Shown here piece after piece: positions 1 through 13,879 of a DNA stretch of 64,000 bases. Every line of letters begins with the position of its first letter. Position 1 is the first letter of the stretch. The notes beneath the pieces are model-generated. The model worked only from the letters and a program-made list of their open reading frames with translations. It did not search any database and had not been told where the DNA came from. Source of the stretch: Azolla caroliniana (lineage: Eukaryota; Plantae; Polypodiophyta); NCBI GenBank assembly GCA_043228905.1, contig JBHGNT010000011.1, positions 17,422,001 through 17,486,000 on the forward strand, written 5' to 3'. The position numbers and the translations under genes were made by a program.

Positions 1-211
1 CACCTTTGAGTATCTACTTCCAACTCATCACCACTCCATAATCATTCACATATGTGTTAAGGGAACAGTAAAATATTCTTTGTTTTAATATCTATGTGAG
101 TTGAAACACAAACAATATAGAAGATTGGTTGTAGGCCAAATGTATACACGAAACAAGCTCATATTGCAAGTTGTGGAAACTAATATTTATTAGGTGGCAT
201 AATGCTTAATG

Positions 212-1730
212 TTTTTTTCCAAAAAAAATACTACATTAATATTAAGAAAACGCCCTAATGCCATACATACAAGATGTATCTTTTAGTAATGAACCTCTTT
301 CTTCTAAGGCTTAAATAAATACTTCGATGTAGAGTAGAACCACTCCACCTTATTAGAAATTCATTTTTAAAATATGCCTCTGTCGGCATGAAGCTCCAAT
401 CACTTGAGCTCCGCTTGTTGTGCATTACCTTTTATATTATCCAATGAACCTCTGAGATTATGCACAATCTCTGTCCAAATTCCATAAATGATTTGAGCCG
501 ATCTTTTAGTCACATTTTGAAATACCTTCAAACATTGAGCTTTCCAAATATACGAAATTGTGATGCTACTTACCAATTGCCATATTTGAGGTTTGTCAAT
601 CTCTATTTGTGGATTCAACGGTATCAATGTTTTTGCATCAAACAATGTCTCATAGTAATAGCATCTGCAACCTCCTCTTGTTCATATACATTTGGTTCAT
701 CTTGTACCGCCGCCTATAATACTGCTCCCCATGTATATACACTGCTTGAGAATATACTAGTATTAACAGTGTTATGATTCGTTTCCATATTTCCATCGCA
801 AAATCACAACTCCACAAACAATGCTTAGTAGTCTATACTAGATCCATACAAAAGGGGCACATATTGTCTACATTCCCTTTTCACCAACCATTAATTGGTA
901 TAGCTTTATGAACCAATAACCAACGGAAAAAAACAATTTTCTTACTCATTTTATGGCCCACAACCATTTCCAAAATTGTTTGAGATGTTGTGGAGAATGT
1001 CTCTAGAAGACATTTGTAGTTGGTTATTTCCACAATCTAGCACTTAATATTTGTATACCAATCTTCACATAATATTGAAAAAACGGCACATGTTTTGTAT
1101 GATCTTGAATTCACACCTTCCAATACAATTCTCTAGGATCTCAAGTTAATCTAGATATTGGCTCCTTTCCATAATCCAAATCCTCCAAAAATAATTCATT
1201 TTTTTGTGGATCCGGATCTAAGACCCAATTTGATCCATCATTTGCGTTCACCCTCGCTTATTTATTTAAACAAAAACTAAACAAAGTAGTTTTCTTATGT
1301 GTGAACGTTAACCTACAATCATCCTGTACATAAAAGGTCATACAAACTTCTTTCCCATTATAGGCTTTTACTCCAATCAAAACATCCAATGGAGTAAATA
1401 AACCCATCCACTTCTGTGTAGCAGATCCAATTTGCATTTGAATATTAGAAAGGGCATTTTGTATTGCAGAATACATTATCTTCCCACCCCTTATATTACT
1501 AATCAGTAACATTTGTTGATCTATAGGTTTAAACAGAAATGTTGCCCATGCACCTATAGATTGTGTTGGGTCACGATCTAATTCTACCCATGCACATCTA
1601 GTACGCCTTCCCAACATTTGTCCTCTCTAGTCAGTCAACCATGAATTCCAAATCAGGGGTTGTCTACATGAATTCCAAATCAGGGGTTGCAATCTCTTAA
1701 CTAAATCAAGAGAAACATCTTTCCATGAAT
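212..1730 (-). mobile_element. Degraded non-LTR retrotransposon (L1-like LINE), 3' part of ORF2 (post-RT and zf-RVT-like region) plus 3' tail
   Basis: Broken minus-strand ORFs 1258-1617 and 400-645 have Trp-rich L1 C-terminal character (e.g. IWQLVSSITISYIWKAQCLKVF). The DNA is closely similar to the second copy at 11600-12945 (MLGRRTRCAWVELD vs MLGMRTRCAWVELD). The minus-strand end reads T9-GG-A7 near 212-229, like the LINE tails at 2547-2568 and 45708-45727. There is a small internal duplication at about 1640-1690. Confidence 0.8.
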
Positions 1731-2416
1731 GCCTAATGTATTTGTAATATGAAAGGAACCTTAAGGTTGTCCAGCTTGCATAAAAGGGCAAGTGTTTTGA
1801 TGTAAAGATCTAATGTTGGTCCTCATTCTCTCCCCCCTTTGTGTCCATGTAGCCTTTCCTCACCAAGTAATTGAGATACCTTATATGTCTCTTATCGAAT
1901 AGTGATCTATTTAATTAAAATAAATATATTTCTTCATTTATGTGGTGATTAGTTGTGTGTTAATATTAGTTTAACATCAGAACCCCTCAAGGTTTTTGAT
2001 GTTGCATGAAATGGAGAAATACATGCTTTCTCCTTACTCTCCTCTTGCTTCCTTTATCTTTCTCCTTCCCCTTTCTCTTCCCCTAATTCTGAGTACTTCC
2101 CTCTCCCCCTCGAGTAGTCACTTCTCTCCTCTTTGTCGTTTCCTACATTGAAATCTTCAAGTACAAAGTCAAATAGATGTCAAACCGAGATTTCTCACCA
2201 ATATACTAGAAGTTGGAAGTGGAATTTGTAAGTATTGCCCAAGCGATGCATAGAGTCTACCTACAATGAATGTTGATAGAAGTAAATATTAGTTACAAAC
2301 TACAATATGATGAACTCTCTTCCAACACCATCAAATTCCCAACTCAAAATTCACTGTAATTCTCATCAAAACATTATGAAAAGATTAAACATGTGCACTC
2401 CAAAGTACTTCTATTA

Positions 2417-2568
2417 TCATCCAACAATGGTCATCCTCTCCTTTTCTTGAGTTAGTGGGCACCCACATAAAATGGAACTATCGCGTCCCTACAGGGATTT
2501 GTACATAATAATCTCATTTGTAAAATTTTATAGCTAATGGAAGGAATTTTTTTTGGAAAAAAAAAAAA
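2417..2568 (+). mobile_element. 5'-truncated LINE 3'-end insertion (about 150 bp) with poly(A) tail and target-site duplication
   Basis: The direct repeat ACTTCTATTA flanks it at 2407-2416 and 2569-2578. It ends in ...AATGGAAGGAATTTTTTTTGG followed by poly(A). The body aligns with the LINE 3' end at 45578-45727. Confidence 0.85.
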
Positions 2569-3947
2569 ACTTCTATTAAAGAACCTATTGCAAGATAGAA
2601 AAGGGGAAAAGCAGATGGAGCATGATTCCACACTTGTGGTCAACTTTCTTACAAATTTAGTGCCGAAAACTTGTAGCTATGCAACTAATCCAAAAACTTG
2701 TATCTTAGTTAATCATACAAAATTAAGTTAGATCTACATTCACATCAATTAACAATTTGTCACACAACACAATATGGTGTAGCAAGCTATTACAAACCAC
2801 ATCATACATGAAACTAATAGTTTGTGGAATCCTTGAATAGTCCTCAATCTTGATGGGATTGCCCAATTATAAAAATCCATTAGTGTAGCACACTCTTCTA
2901 TGGGAAGGCGAAAATTTTAATAGTAATGTTACAAATATCTTGACAATTTACATTTATTATAATAATCACAATATTAATATCAATGTTAATGGGTAAGTGT
3001 GCAATATGATAGAGGAAGGGAATTGTCATGGATTGGTCTTTGCTTGATTTTCCCTCTGTTATAATCAACATAAACAAAATCATTGAGGAACGGGCTCACC
3101 TAGTGTATCTAGGTACGGGAACAAGTTAGTTCCCAATATTCCGTTCGTTCCAGTACTTGACTTAAGACTTTTGAATCGGAGTTATTAGCCTTAATGATTT
3201 ACTCATCTGATTAATAATCACATACAAAACTACTTAAAAGTAGATGGGCTCAAGATGCATTAATATGGTCATTGATTAACATATAAAACTATAGTCAACA
3301 ATCCAAACTTACACATTAAACCAAGAACAATGTTAGAAGAGCACAATCTCAAAGAGAATTGATGAAGCCTAATGAACTACCTAATACTCTACAAAATTCT
3401 AAATTCTTCAATATTATCGTGACATTCAATAGTGTGGATAAAACCTAATATTTATTATTGTTACGACGAGACGGAACATGGATGTAAATGAATTTGAGTG
3501 TGGGAGTTTTTGAATATCAATGCATTGTTTCTAGCCTTGGTATCGTTGTCACTAGACCGATACAACATCACCATCCTTTTGAAAGCCCAATTAACACCGT
3601 GTAAAAATTATAGATTCAACCAAACATGAACCACATCATCCATCCATGTAACCTCTAACAACATTCCTCATAGACTAGGGACACACCCCACTCATCGAAT
3701 GTATGTGCAATCATTAAGCCGAATTAATTTCCCCGCATCAATTATTGTGTGTTCGCCTATCATTTCGAGACATCTCTTTCGATATGTGCATGGGTAGTCC
3801 CACCCCCTTCGCCATTCACTTATTTCTAGATAATTTTTTGCTGGATCCAAACCCCACTCCCCCCAAGTGGGGGGCTATTTAGGCCGAGGTTTCTCGGAGG
3901 AGGGTGGAGAACAACGTGTATAAGGAAGCGAGCGAGTGACATCCAAT

Positions 3948-5765
3948 ATGCCGAAGGAGCATCGCCCACACGCGATCTTAGTGTTGGGGGCATTGGCATT
4001 GATGATGTCGTGGACGTGTGAAGTAGTTTCGGGGACAGGGACGGGGACGGGGAGCAACAATGATGCCGTTAGCGACGCGTGCGCCATGGTCGTAAAGAGT
4101 GTCCTGTCGGGCGCTTTGTGCACTAACGCGAGTCTCTCCCACTCGACCACACCGTGTTGCACGACCGTGTCGGGATCATGCGCCGCGGGTGTGCTCACCT
4201 CGCTACCGCCCTCCACATTCACGGCGTCCGCCCTCCACATCCTTGCCAACTCATGCAACATCATCGTGACAGGCATCGCCCCGCCGCCTCCGCCTCCGCT
4301 CGCCATGTCGGCCTGCTCCTCTTTCCTCTCCACGTGGCTCTCTACTTCCATGTGCACTACATCCGGGAGTAGTGCTGCCACCGCCACCGCCACCGTCAGC
4401 CCCGCATCGGTCTGCTGCCGCACAATCCTAGACTCTTATATCTGCGGTTCAAATGGTGCATTGGTTCAATCCATTCCCACCTCCTCCTTCAGTGCCACCG
4501 AATGTGAAGTGCTCAGCCGGTGCGGCCTCATTGCCGTCTCTCCCTCGAATTCTCCACCGCCTACATATTCTACGCCGGTTCCCACGCCAACTCCGGCGCC
4601 CGTTCCGACACCACCGCCAACTCCTTCGCAGTCATCTCTATGTTCACCGCCTCCACCACCACCATCTCTATGTTCACCTCCGCCGCCGCCACCACCATCA
4701 TCTCTATGTTCGCCGCCGCCGCCGCCGCCTCCATCTCCATCTCCTACAACACCCACATTGTCCCCACATCTGGCACCCTCTACTCCAACACTTGCCCCCA
4801 CACCATCACCATCACCATCACCATCACCCTCACCCTCTCCATCTCCATCTCCATCTCCATCTCCATCTCCATCTCCGTCACCGTCACCGTCACCGTCACC
4901 GTCACCGTCACCGTCTCCATCTCCATCACCGTCACCGTCACCGTCTCCGTCTCCCTCTTCATCTCCCTCTTCATCTCCATCTCCGTCCCCGTCTCCGTCT
5001 CCATCTCCGTCCCCGTCTCCGTCTCCATCTCCATCTCCATCTCCATCTCCATCTCCATCACCATCACCATCACCATCTCCATCTCCATCTCCATCACCAT
5101 CACCATCACCATCACCATCACCATCTCCGTCTCCGTCTCCATCACCATCTCCGTCACCATCTTCATCTCGATCACCATCACCATCACCATCTCCGACTCC
5201 ATCTCCATCTCCATCTCCATCTCCATCTCCAACTCCGACCCCAGCTCTTACACCATCTCCATCTCCAACCCCAGCTCTTACACCCTCTCCATCGCCGACT
5301 CCATCTCCATCTCCATCTCCATCCCTAGCTCTTACACCATCTCCATCTCCAACCCCAGCTCTTACACCATCTCCATCTCCAACCCCAGCTCTTACACCAT
5401 CTCCATCGCCGACCCCAGCTCTCACACCTTCTCCATCTCCGATCCCAGCTCTTACACCATCGCCATCTCCGACCCCAGCTCCTGTTCCTGCACTATCACC
5501 GAGTCATCCAACACCGCCATCGCCATCACCATCACCATCGCCTGCGCCTGCGCCTCAAATTCCATCACCAGCTCCTACACCTACATTATCCCCACGTCAA
5601 TCACCATCTCCATCTTCTGCTCCATCTCCAACTCCAACTCCAACTCCAACTCCAGCACCTGCTCCCGGAATATCAACAAATTGTCCACCGCCACCGCCAC
5701 CGCCACCGCCAGCAAGAGCAGGGCATCCTCCACCAAGGGCAGGCCATCCCCCACCAAGGCATTGA
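3948..5765 (+). CDS. Secreted chimeric Pro/Ser-rich (HRGP/extensin-like) protein, 605 aa: signal peptide, two 6-Cys prolamin-like domains, SP(n) motifs and a long (Ser-Pro)n rod
   Basis: Single GC-rich ORF with ATG at 3948 and a TATA-like GTATAAG about 30 bp upstream. Hydrophobic N-terminus [14 protein letters not shown]. Two C-x12-C-xn-CC-x6/8-C-x24/25-C units, then [10 protein letters not shown] x3, an (SP)n tract, [10 protein letters not shown] repeats and a basic C-terminal RAGHPPP repeat. Stop TGA at 5763-5765. Confidence 0.85.
   Translation: MPKEHRPHAILVLGALALMMSWTCEVVSGTGTGTGSNNDAVSDACAMVVKSVLSGALCTNASLSHSTTPCCTTVSGSCAAGVLTSLPPSTFTASALHILANSCNIIVTGIAPPPPPPLAMSACSSFLSTWLSTSMCTTSGSSAATATATVSPASVCCRTILDSYICGSNGALVQSIPTSSFSATECEVLSRCGLIAVSPSNSPPPTYSTPVPTPTPAPVPTPPPTPSQSSLCSPPPPPPSLCSPPPPPPPSSLCSPPPPPPPSPSPTTPTLSPHLAPSTPTLAPTPSPSPSPSPSPSPSPSPSPSPSPSPSPSPSPSPSPSPSPSPSPSPSPSPSPSSSPSSSPSPSPSPSPSPSPSPSPSPSPSPSPSPSPSPSPSPSPSPSPSPSPSPSPSPSPSPSPSPSPSSSRSPSPSPSPTPSPSPSPSPSPTPTPALTPSPSPTPALTPSPSPTPSPSPSPSLALTPSPSPTPALTPSPSPTPALTPSPSPTPALTPSPSPIPALTPSPSPTPAPVPALSPSHPTPPSPSPSPSPAPAPQIPSPAPTPTLSPRQSPSPSSAPSPTPTPTPTPAPAPGISTNCPPPPPPPPPARAGHPPPRAGHPPPRH
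4800..5480 (+). repeat. Coding hexamer repeat (TCNCCN, Ser-Pro) followed by 30-bp [10 protein letters not shown] tandem repeats
   Basis: Blocks of TCTCCA, TCACCA, TCACCG and TCTCCG, then about 7 copies of ACCCCAGCTCTTACACCATCTCCATCTCCA-like units. Confidence 0.95.
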
Positions 5766-8429
5766 GTGCTAGATTCATGAATCATTTAAGTGAATAAAGA
5801 AGCAGCCCATCCCACCTCTATAAATGTGAAAGACATCAAAACCATATCAGTTAGTTTCTAATGAACATATTAAACACTTTTGTTATGGATAGCAGCTAAA
5901 CCACCTATGTATGTACATATTAATTTGGTTCACATGGAACACACACACACACACACAATGCACTCTATTTGTGTCTAGGTTAGCCAAAGCCATTCCACAT
6001 CTAGATCTTGTCTTGGGGGTTGCACAGCTTAATGAATAAGTCTCGACCCTCTCATATAAATACCCATGCACCCAACTTGGAATCTCATTCCATTATGTGC
6101 AATAATACTTTAGTAGATGCCTATCGCGGAAAGGAACTATGTACATACGGAGGTCGAATGTAGAAACCCCCTCGTCTAACCACCTTTCACCTAACGACGT
6201 GTTCGAACCACACGGCAATGTGCTCCAATTGAGTCCATTTTGCCAATGACCACAAGGTTTCTAGTACATAGTTAAGACATAATATAGCCAAGTCAATTGC
6301 ATGCATAGCTATGTGTTGCAACTTTCAAGAACTCTCTCACAAAAGTTGGGCATTAGCTAGTTCATGACTCAGAAGTTAGGGGTGAACCTCCATATAAGAT
6401 CCCATGCCAGATGATAAATAATCGAATTCTCATTTTGTCCATGGGTTTTTCTCCCTCCATGAAATTTTTAATTTTACGCTTTCCCACTCAGTGTACATGC
6501 TCGCTTGACCCTGGAGTTTTTTTATTGACCTTAGAGTTTCTTGACATCAATCCATTATAATCCTCTCACCAACCTCCCCATTACTCTTCTTTTTCCAACA
6601 TTATGCTCCCCCCCCCCTCTCTTAACGTAAATACCAATGTATTAATTACAAACTTGTTGAATTACAACGATGAAATATTAAATATCCTATCGACTCGCCA
6701 CAAAATCAATTAGGGTTCCCATTACATCCATCATGTCAAGATACGTCGTTATGGGCCTATACAATCCAAAGTGATAAAGGTCAATGCAAATGACGAACAT
6801 GATGATGCATTGCCAACCTCCAAATATTGTTTCCTCTTGTGTCCACCTTCGTAAAGTTCCCAAAAAGGAGAACTACCATGTCAATATGTCTTTTAATAGT
6901 CGAGTGTGTCTTTGAACCGCATGTTGAGCATAAAAAACAAAGGCATTCCACATATGCCATAATCTGCACTACCTATGAAATTGAAATGCAATCCCAAAAT
7001 GTTGAGAAGGCATTCTCGAAATCACTACAACATTAAAAAAATGGATGTTGGCACTCCTCTTAGAGAATTCCACTTTTTTGATATAAATTTTCTAAAGATC
7101 CCTCTAGTGATAATTCGATGTCAAGTATATTCCTTTGAAATTATGTAAACGAAAGACATTCTAGAAGTGATGCTCCATCTTCACAAAGATGCACTGCGAA
7201 GTCAACCACTAGCCAACAATGTTGGGAAGAATGCGCGGAAGTAAGTGAGGACCTGTCGGTTATGTGCACAACAAATAACACAGAGAGTATGATAGAAGAA
7301 ATGATGGAAACGTAGACACAGTTCAAGCTCTAATGGAAGCTCTTGTTATTCTGTAACTATGTACTCAAAGACTCAATATACAAGAAGAAGATCAAGTCTT
7401 AGTTACAACATTAGGTTGTTGCTTATATACTAAGCCCTAACTATTTGGACATGTTCACACTAGGATGCAAAGTGGAAGGAGTCGGCTTGTTATGCCAACA
7501 AGCAGGACCCCCCAAATAAACACCTTGGCTTTGAATAGAAGGTGAGATTGCTACCACATGTGTACTAGATTCCATCACCACCTATTGGACCTTGTGATTT
7601 CCCATTCTTTATTACCTACCTATTGGAGTGTGAGTAGAAAAGGGTACCATGCATGAAAACATAAAGATTGTAGCCTCTTGGTGGCATGTGGTAAATAATG
7701 ATAAACAAATCAATTGTGCAAATGTCATTCATAGCTCAACATTTATTAGCCTAAGATAGATTGGACATTTGGAGATCATAAAAGCCTCGCCAATGGATTG
7801 GAAGCCTCATGGTGGATATATTGTCTCTAGGTGTTGATTTCCAGAGACAAAGTATCGCTACTAGAATGTGTTGTCCTGCACAATTTTAGAAGAACATAAT
7901 AAGGCGATTTATCAATTCTCCAATAGCCAAAGGCTCTTTGGAAATTTATATGTACAATATGGGCTTCTCTAAGTGGAGTGTCGACAATCCCCTTTCCAAT
8001 GGGCGTTTGACGATGTGGCATTGACTTGAATATCTTTTCCACATTTCATGATTGCCATTCAGTTTCTAAGGCAATTGGATTATATGGCATAATTGGCGTA
8101 TGCAAAAATCCCTTCATTTTTTATGCTCAATATGGGGTTCAAAGCCATGTTCAATGATAAAATGGTAGCTTGGTATGCGGGTCCTCCTTGTTGGAGACTT
8201 CAAGGAGGCCGACACATGAAGAATTAGGGATTTGTTGGTTAGCAAGGCTTGTCTATGATTTACATTAGCCTTTTGTCACATTGGATTGTACATGTCCACA
8301 ATGAGGGATGTATTTGAACTCTAATTGATGACATGGTGATTCAATAGTGTATCATATTCCATCAATTGTAAATTTATATTGTAACGAATATATTACTATT
8401 TATGGGGAGAAAAAGGGAATTACTCACCA

Positions 8430-8610
8430 AATGGAATCAACTCTATCATTTAAAAATGGGGGAAGATTACAATAATAATCAATCAATAGGAATCACTACT
8501 ATAAAGAAACATTATATACAATGGATCAACTCTATCATTGAAAAATGGGGGAGGATTACAATAATGTTAACTTAACAACAATCACTACTATAAAGTAACA
8601 TTAGATACAA
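8430..8610. repeat. Diverged tandem duplication, about 90 bp x2
   Basis: AATGGA(A)TCAACTCTATCATT..AAAATGGGG..GATTACAATAAT...AATCACTACTATAAAG..ACATTA.ATACA occurs twice. Confidence 0.85.
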
Positions 8611-11599
8611 AGGAGGGGCTTTGTTTGCATAGAATATTGTTTGTGTACTTTACATAGAAATGTGACCCATTGTATTATTGGATTAATAAAAGGTCGATCC
8701 CATATGTTTAATTTAAGGGTGGAGTTTAGCACACATGCGTCTTGCAGAGTGTTGAGCTTAAAATTTCCATACCTTCACAATATTTGTTTAAGCTAAAATG
8801 TGGCACTCGGTAGCATGTGCACACAATTTCCAAGCATGTGGGCACCTATGTATTGCGCCTTATTTAGGGAAGAGATGGGGAACCAAAGCTAACATAGATT
8901 TCTATCATATGTAATTCCTATTGAAATATTAAAAGTCAACTCACTAGAAGTTCTATCTCTTGCCCAATGTTTTCCTCAATTTTAAAGAAACTAAATCTCT
9001 TTCTTATGGATAGAACTTGGGACCTCTCATCATTATTTCCATTATGTGAATTGAGCCCCTATTCCATTTGTTCACAAACATGCAATGTCAATGTTGCAAC
9101 ACTATCCCCGGCCTAACTAGGCCATCCATGTGGAGAACCCCACCTTCAAATGTGAATTGGTTCATGTCATTGCGTTTTGAAATGCCTTCACAACAACGCC
9201 ATTGATCGGATTAGGATTTAGGGTGGTGTCTCACAACTATGTTAGACAATAGATTTTGGGAATATGTATATGATTGGTGTATAACACAAAACTAAATTTA
9301 CCCCAAGTGGTGGGAATGCTAGCAAAGGTTGTGATGAGTTTGAAGAAGACTCATCAACAAGTTTGCGTACATAGTATAAGCCTCAAATTTGGTCAAGTAA
9401 AACTCTTTACAAATATGTAAGCGAAATGTGGACATTTGACTCACCTCCACAACATAGAATCAGGATGACCTAGCCCTTGAACCTAAAAGCTATAAACAAG
9501 GCAGGTTCCCCTTGACTACAATGATCAACATCCTATAAAATCAATTTGCATTTATCATATGCATAATAGTCAAAAGCTAGGACTAAAATCCAAGAGAGGC
9601 CATCACACTATAATTAAAGAAAATAAAAGTATTTAACTTATCCGTGGATTGCAAAGAGTGCCAAAGTAATTTCTCGTCAATCCATATTTATTTGTAACGA
9701 TATACTATAGGCATCAAAACCTTATATTTTAAACCATCAATTTGGAACTCCTTAATATGATGATTTCAAAATTGCAAGATCAAATAAATTTGGACTTCAT
9801 ATGAGAAAGTTATGAGTCATGACCTTTATTTCAAAGAGTGAGCAACTTTATGACTACCTACCTCTACTTATTGGCTACCTATTGGTCCATGTTGAATCGT
9901 GTCTATTAATCTAAAGTGCCCTTTAATTAAGGTGCATATTATTCATAATAGGAGGTATTGTCATTGACGATAGGCGACAATAACAAAATTGTTTGTCAGT
10001 CATCTTGTCAATTGACGAGCATATGTGAAATTTACATATGTGAGAAATTCTACTAATTGGAATATAAATTGGGTGTGCACTCGCATGCAAGTGTCTGCCA
10101 TAAAACTTTTAAGAACATCTATTGGGAGGGTGGATCGCACTATCACAAAAACATGCTTATTATTTTTTATAATTTGAAGAATGTGTGAAATTATATCGGA
10201 TGAGATTTATATCCTTTCTTATTTAAGTAGAAACGTGATGAAAAAAATGTCATTAAATAAACGTGACACTTGATCACATGGATTAATTTCACAATGATTT
10301 AGATAATTCGTTGAACATGTGAAAACAAAACAACAAAGAAATAGTGGGCTCTTCATTATGAATTGTGCAAATAGAAAGCCAAAATCTATTATAATTTATA
10401 AATAAAGACATGGAAATGTGCGTAATATGTCTTTGTGAAATGATAAAATGTGAATCGATTGATAGCTCATGGAAATTTGAATACAATTTTGATAAAACTA
10501 GCTTGAAAGTCATTCAAAGGTAACACTTAAAGCAATTTCTAAACATGTGGATAGCATCACTTCAATTAAATATGTATATTGAACTTGTCATGTATAATAG
10601 AAACTCCATAAGGTTTGTAGTTGTAGATAAACATGTGCAAAAAATGTTCGAACAAATTTTGATAGGAATAGGACGGAAATATTTTCAAAGCAAATAGACA
10701 CAATAGAGGAAATAGGCAAAATTTCTTATGAGCATAAAATCAAGTCTTGTGATCCACGTTATTTGGATCCACAAAAACTTATATGTATACAATATATGGC
10801 TTTTACTTCCTTCCATGTTCCTTATACAGGTGCCATGTCAGATGGGTGATAAGATCTCTTCCATTTTTTTGACAAATTTCTTCCTTTTAGACATTACAAT
10901 AGTACCTTGACTCTTGAGTTTATAGCCCACAGATCATGTATTATATGTAAATCATTTTTGAATTTAACCTAGTTAACATCATGATTAATATAATATAAAA
11001 TCCATTATCAAATATGTTATTCCTTAACTATGTGAATGGGACAAATGAAGTGCTTGGTAATGGGACAAGATGAACTTACAAATCAAATGGAAGGAAGACC
11101 TATAAATTCTTATTAGGAGATGTCGTTCACTGGTATGTTGATGTGAAGACCTTAAAAACGGAGCCCATTTCTTATACTCTAACTATACCATAGACACAAA
11201 TGCCTAATTCACCCAACATCTAAGAAAGTACCAGTAGCCCTACCCTAACTTCTATCTGCTCCTCCCTGTCATGTTATCCATGTAATCCTCTATCCGAGTT
11301 CGAGATGTTGTACCCTTATCACAAGTTTTGTGAAGGCACCAATGTTGGTGCATTCTTACTCCGTAGAACTACATAGTGCACACCTCACCTAGCCTCCAAA
11401 ATAGTACCAGTAACCTTGTATGTTAGCCGATCGACTACCCGAAGTGTAAAGGTAGACAAGAGGAGAGGAGTCAAGGTCAAACGAGTGTGAAAAGATAGAA
11501 GTCGAAGATTGTATTTTTGCCAAGTAGAAAATTAGAGTAATTTAGAAAATAGAACGGTTAGTATAACTATAGGTTCTTGCCGAACAAACAAGTGTACTA

Positions 11600-12945
11600 T
11601 TTGGAAGAGTCTCTCAGGTTGCCTATAAAAAGGGGCCGAGAGCATTGCATCATTATCGGTCTGGATCCGGAGCAAAATTATCGTCTATTTTGGATTTGTT
11701 TCCATATGTCCAGAGCAAAAACACAACGCCACAAACAATGTTTAGCAGTCTCTATTACATCTGTACAGAAAGGGCACATCTTGTCTAAATTTCCTTTCGC
11801 CTCCCATTAATTGGTATAGCATTATGAACTAACAACCATAAAAAACAAACAATTTTCCTACTCATCTTTATACCCCATAACCATTTCCAAAATTGTTTGA
11901 GATGTTGTGGAGAAAGTTCATTTCGTCTGCAAACAACATTTGCAGTTGGTTCTTTCCATGATCTAACACCTAATATTTTCCTACCAATCTTCACATAATA
12001 CTGAAAGAACAGGACGTATTTGATGTTATCTTGCACCCACACCTTACAATACAGTTCTCCAAGATCCCAAGTTAATGCAAATATTGGTCTCCTTTCCAAT
12101 ATCCAAATCCTCCAAAACAAAATCACCTTTTGAGGATCAAGATCTAAGACCCAATTTGATCCATCATTTGCAATCACACCTCACTTCTTTATGTAAACAA
12201 AACCTAAACAAATTATTTTCCATAGGTGTAAATATTAACCTACCATCGTCTTGTACATCAAAACTCATACTCTTGTTCCCCAATATAGGCTTTAACTCTA
12301 ATTAAAACATCCAGTGTAGCAGATCCAATTTGCATCTGAACATTAAAAAGGGCATTCTGGATCGCACAATACATTATCTTCCCACCCCTTATATTACTAA
12401 TTAATATCATTTGTTGATCTATAGGTTTAGACCGAAATGTTGTCCATGCACCTATAGACTATGCTAGCCCACAATCTAATTCTACCCATGCACATCTAGT
12501 ACGCATTCCCAACATTTGTCCTCTTTGGGCAGTCAACCATGAATTCCAAATCAGAGGTTGTCTACAGAATTCAGATTCCGTTTTTGGCAATGTCTTAACT
12601 AAATCAAGAGAAATATCTTTCCATGCATTAAGAACACATCGAACAAATCTCTCTTCCCAATTTGTAGCAATAGCCAAATTGTTATGTTCCATAAAAGCCC
12701 ATCTAAAACTAGGCCTCCAATCTCCTCCCATCTTGGGACAAAACCTTTGCAATTCATAAAACAACAATTGTTTCCAAGGTTCTGATCCTGGCAACAATCC
12801 TCGAATCACCAATTTTGCCATCAAAGCTTTGGATTGTTGTAATGGATCTACAATCCCTAATCCTCCTTGATCCAATGGCTTAACAATTGTGGACCAAGAG
12901 ACTTTTGCCCTAGCATGGCTTCCATCATTACCACATCTACCATTG
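11600..12945 (-). mobile_element. Degraded L1-like LINE ORF2 fragment (second copy)
   Basis: ORF 12459-13004 contains AKVSWSTIVKPLDQGGLGIVD, matching the L1 post-RT 'V.W..i..P...GGLG' motif. ORF 11785-12177 contains FWKWLW...KIVCFLWLLVHNAIP (start of zf-RVT). Homologous to 212-1730. Confidence 0.9.
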
Positions 12946-13879
12946 ATATTGAAATAGGGGTCGAACGAATAAGCAATGAATATATTGATCTCCAAATATG
13001 ACAATATCCAAGACGTATATGAAACTTAGTTTTCCCACTAAAGAAGGCTACAATATACTTGCAATGTTGCACGACAATAAAATACATTTTGCACAATTGT
13101 TGAAACAAGCTTCACTGAATGATTGAATTCAGACTTGAGATTTTCTTTTCCATCCCAATTCAAAAAGCCGTAAGCGTGCACGTAACTCTATTTTTGAAGA
13201 ATTATGATATTGTTACACTTTAGTGGTTGCCACTTGAACACTTGGATGAATAAGCATTATTATAGCATGACATACTATAATTCTCATTTTTTCGATATAC
13301 GCAAACCTTTCCTCCTACAAACTATCATTTCCTATGCATACCTTTTAAGAGTCTAAATTTTAACACAATATTATGATCTTCCAAAATCAGTAGGGTTGCT
13401 CCCCATATGTCATGTTCCTTCAAAGGTCCTCTTTGAGGGCATATCGCATCTCAGTAGTTTGTTGTCATGCAGGTGTAGAGATATAAACATATTTTGTTCA
13501 CATTACTTGACTTAAGTTCTCGCAAAGAGGGCCTTGTCTAGTGCATCTAACTAATTCGTTTATCTTCTTTTTTTTCTTTGGTTGTCATGAAACTATGTAT
13601 AGACAATGAACATGATTTGTTTTTACTTCATTTTTGGGGGCACAGGTTTTTTGTGATGTATCTCGTTCATGTTTGCCATTTGAAACAATTTATCATTTGC
13701 CATTGAAACAATTTGAGTGTGTTTTGCTCATTTGTTATCACTATATATATTAATCATATTGGGATGTATATACGACTCAAAAAACCCCACTCAGGCCTAG
13801 GCATGACTTTTTCTTCTATAATATTTACTATAGTAAGTTAGTCATTTATCGCCAAGCTTATTGATCAATACTTTTTTGT

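Noticed and set aside
4453-5797. Long overlapping ORFs (poly-His/Leu, poly-Gly-Asp, poly-Ile/Ser/Thr, poly-Glu-Met)
   Set aside because: These are alternative-frame readings of the stop-free SP hexamer repeat. Only the 3948 frame has a signal peptide and a structured domain.
7220-7745. Solo LTR beginning TGTTGG
   Set aside because: The composition is LTR-like, but no matching CA end with a 5-bp TSD could be found.
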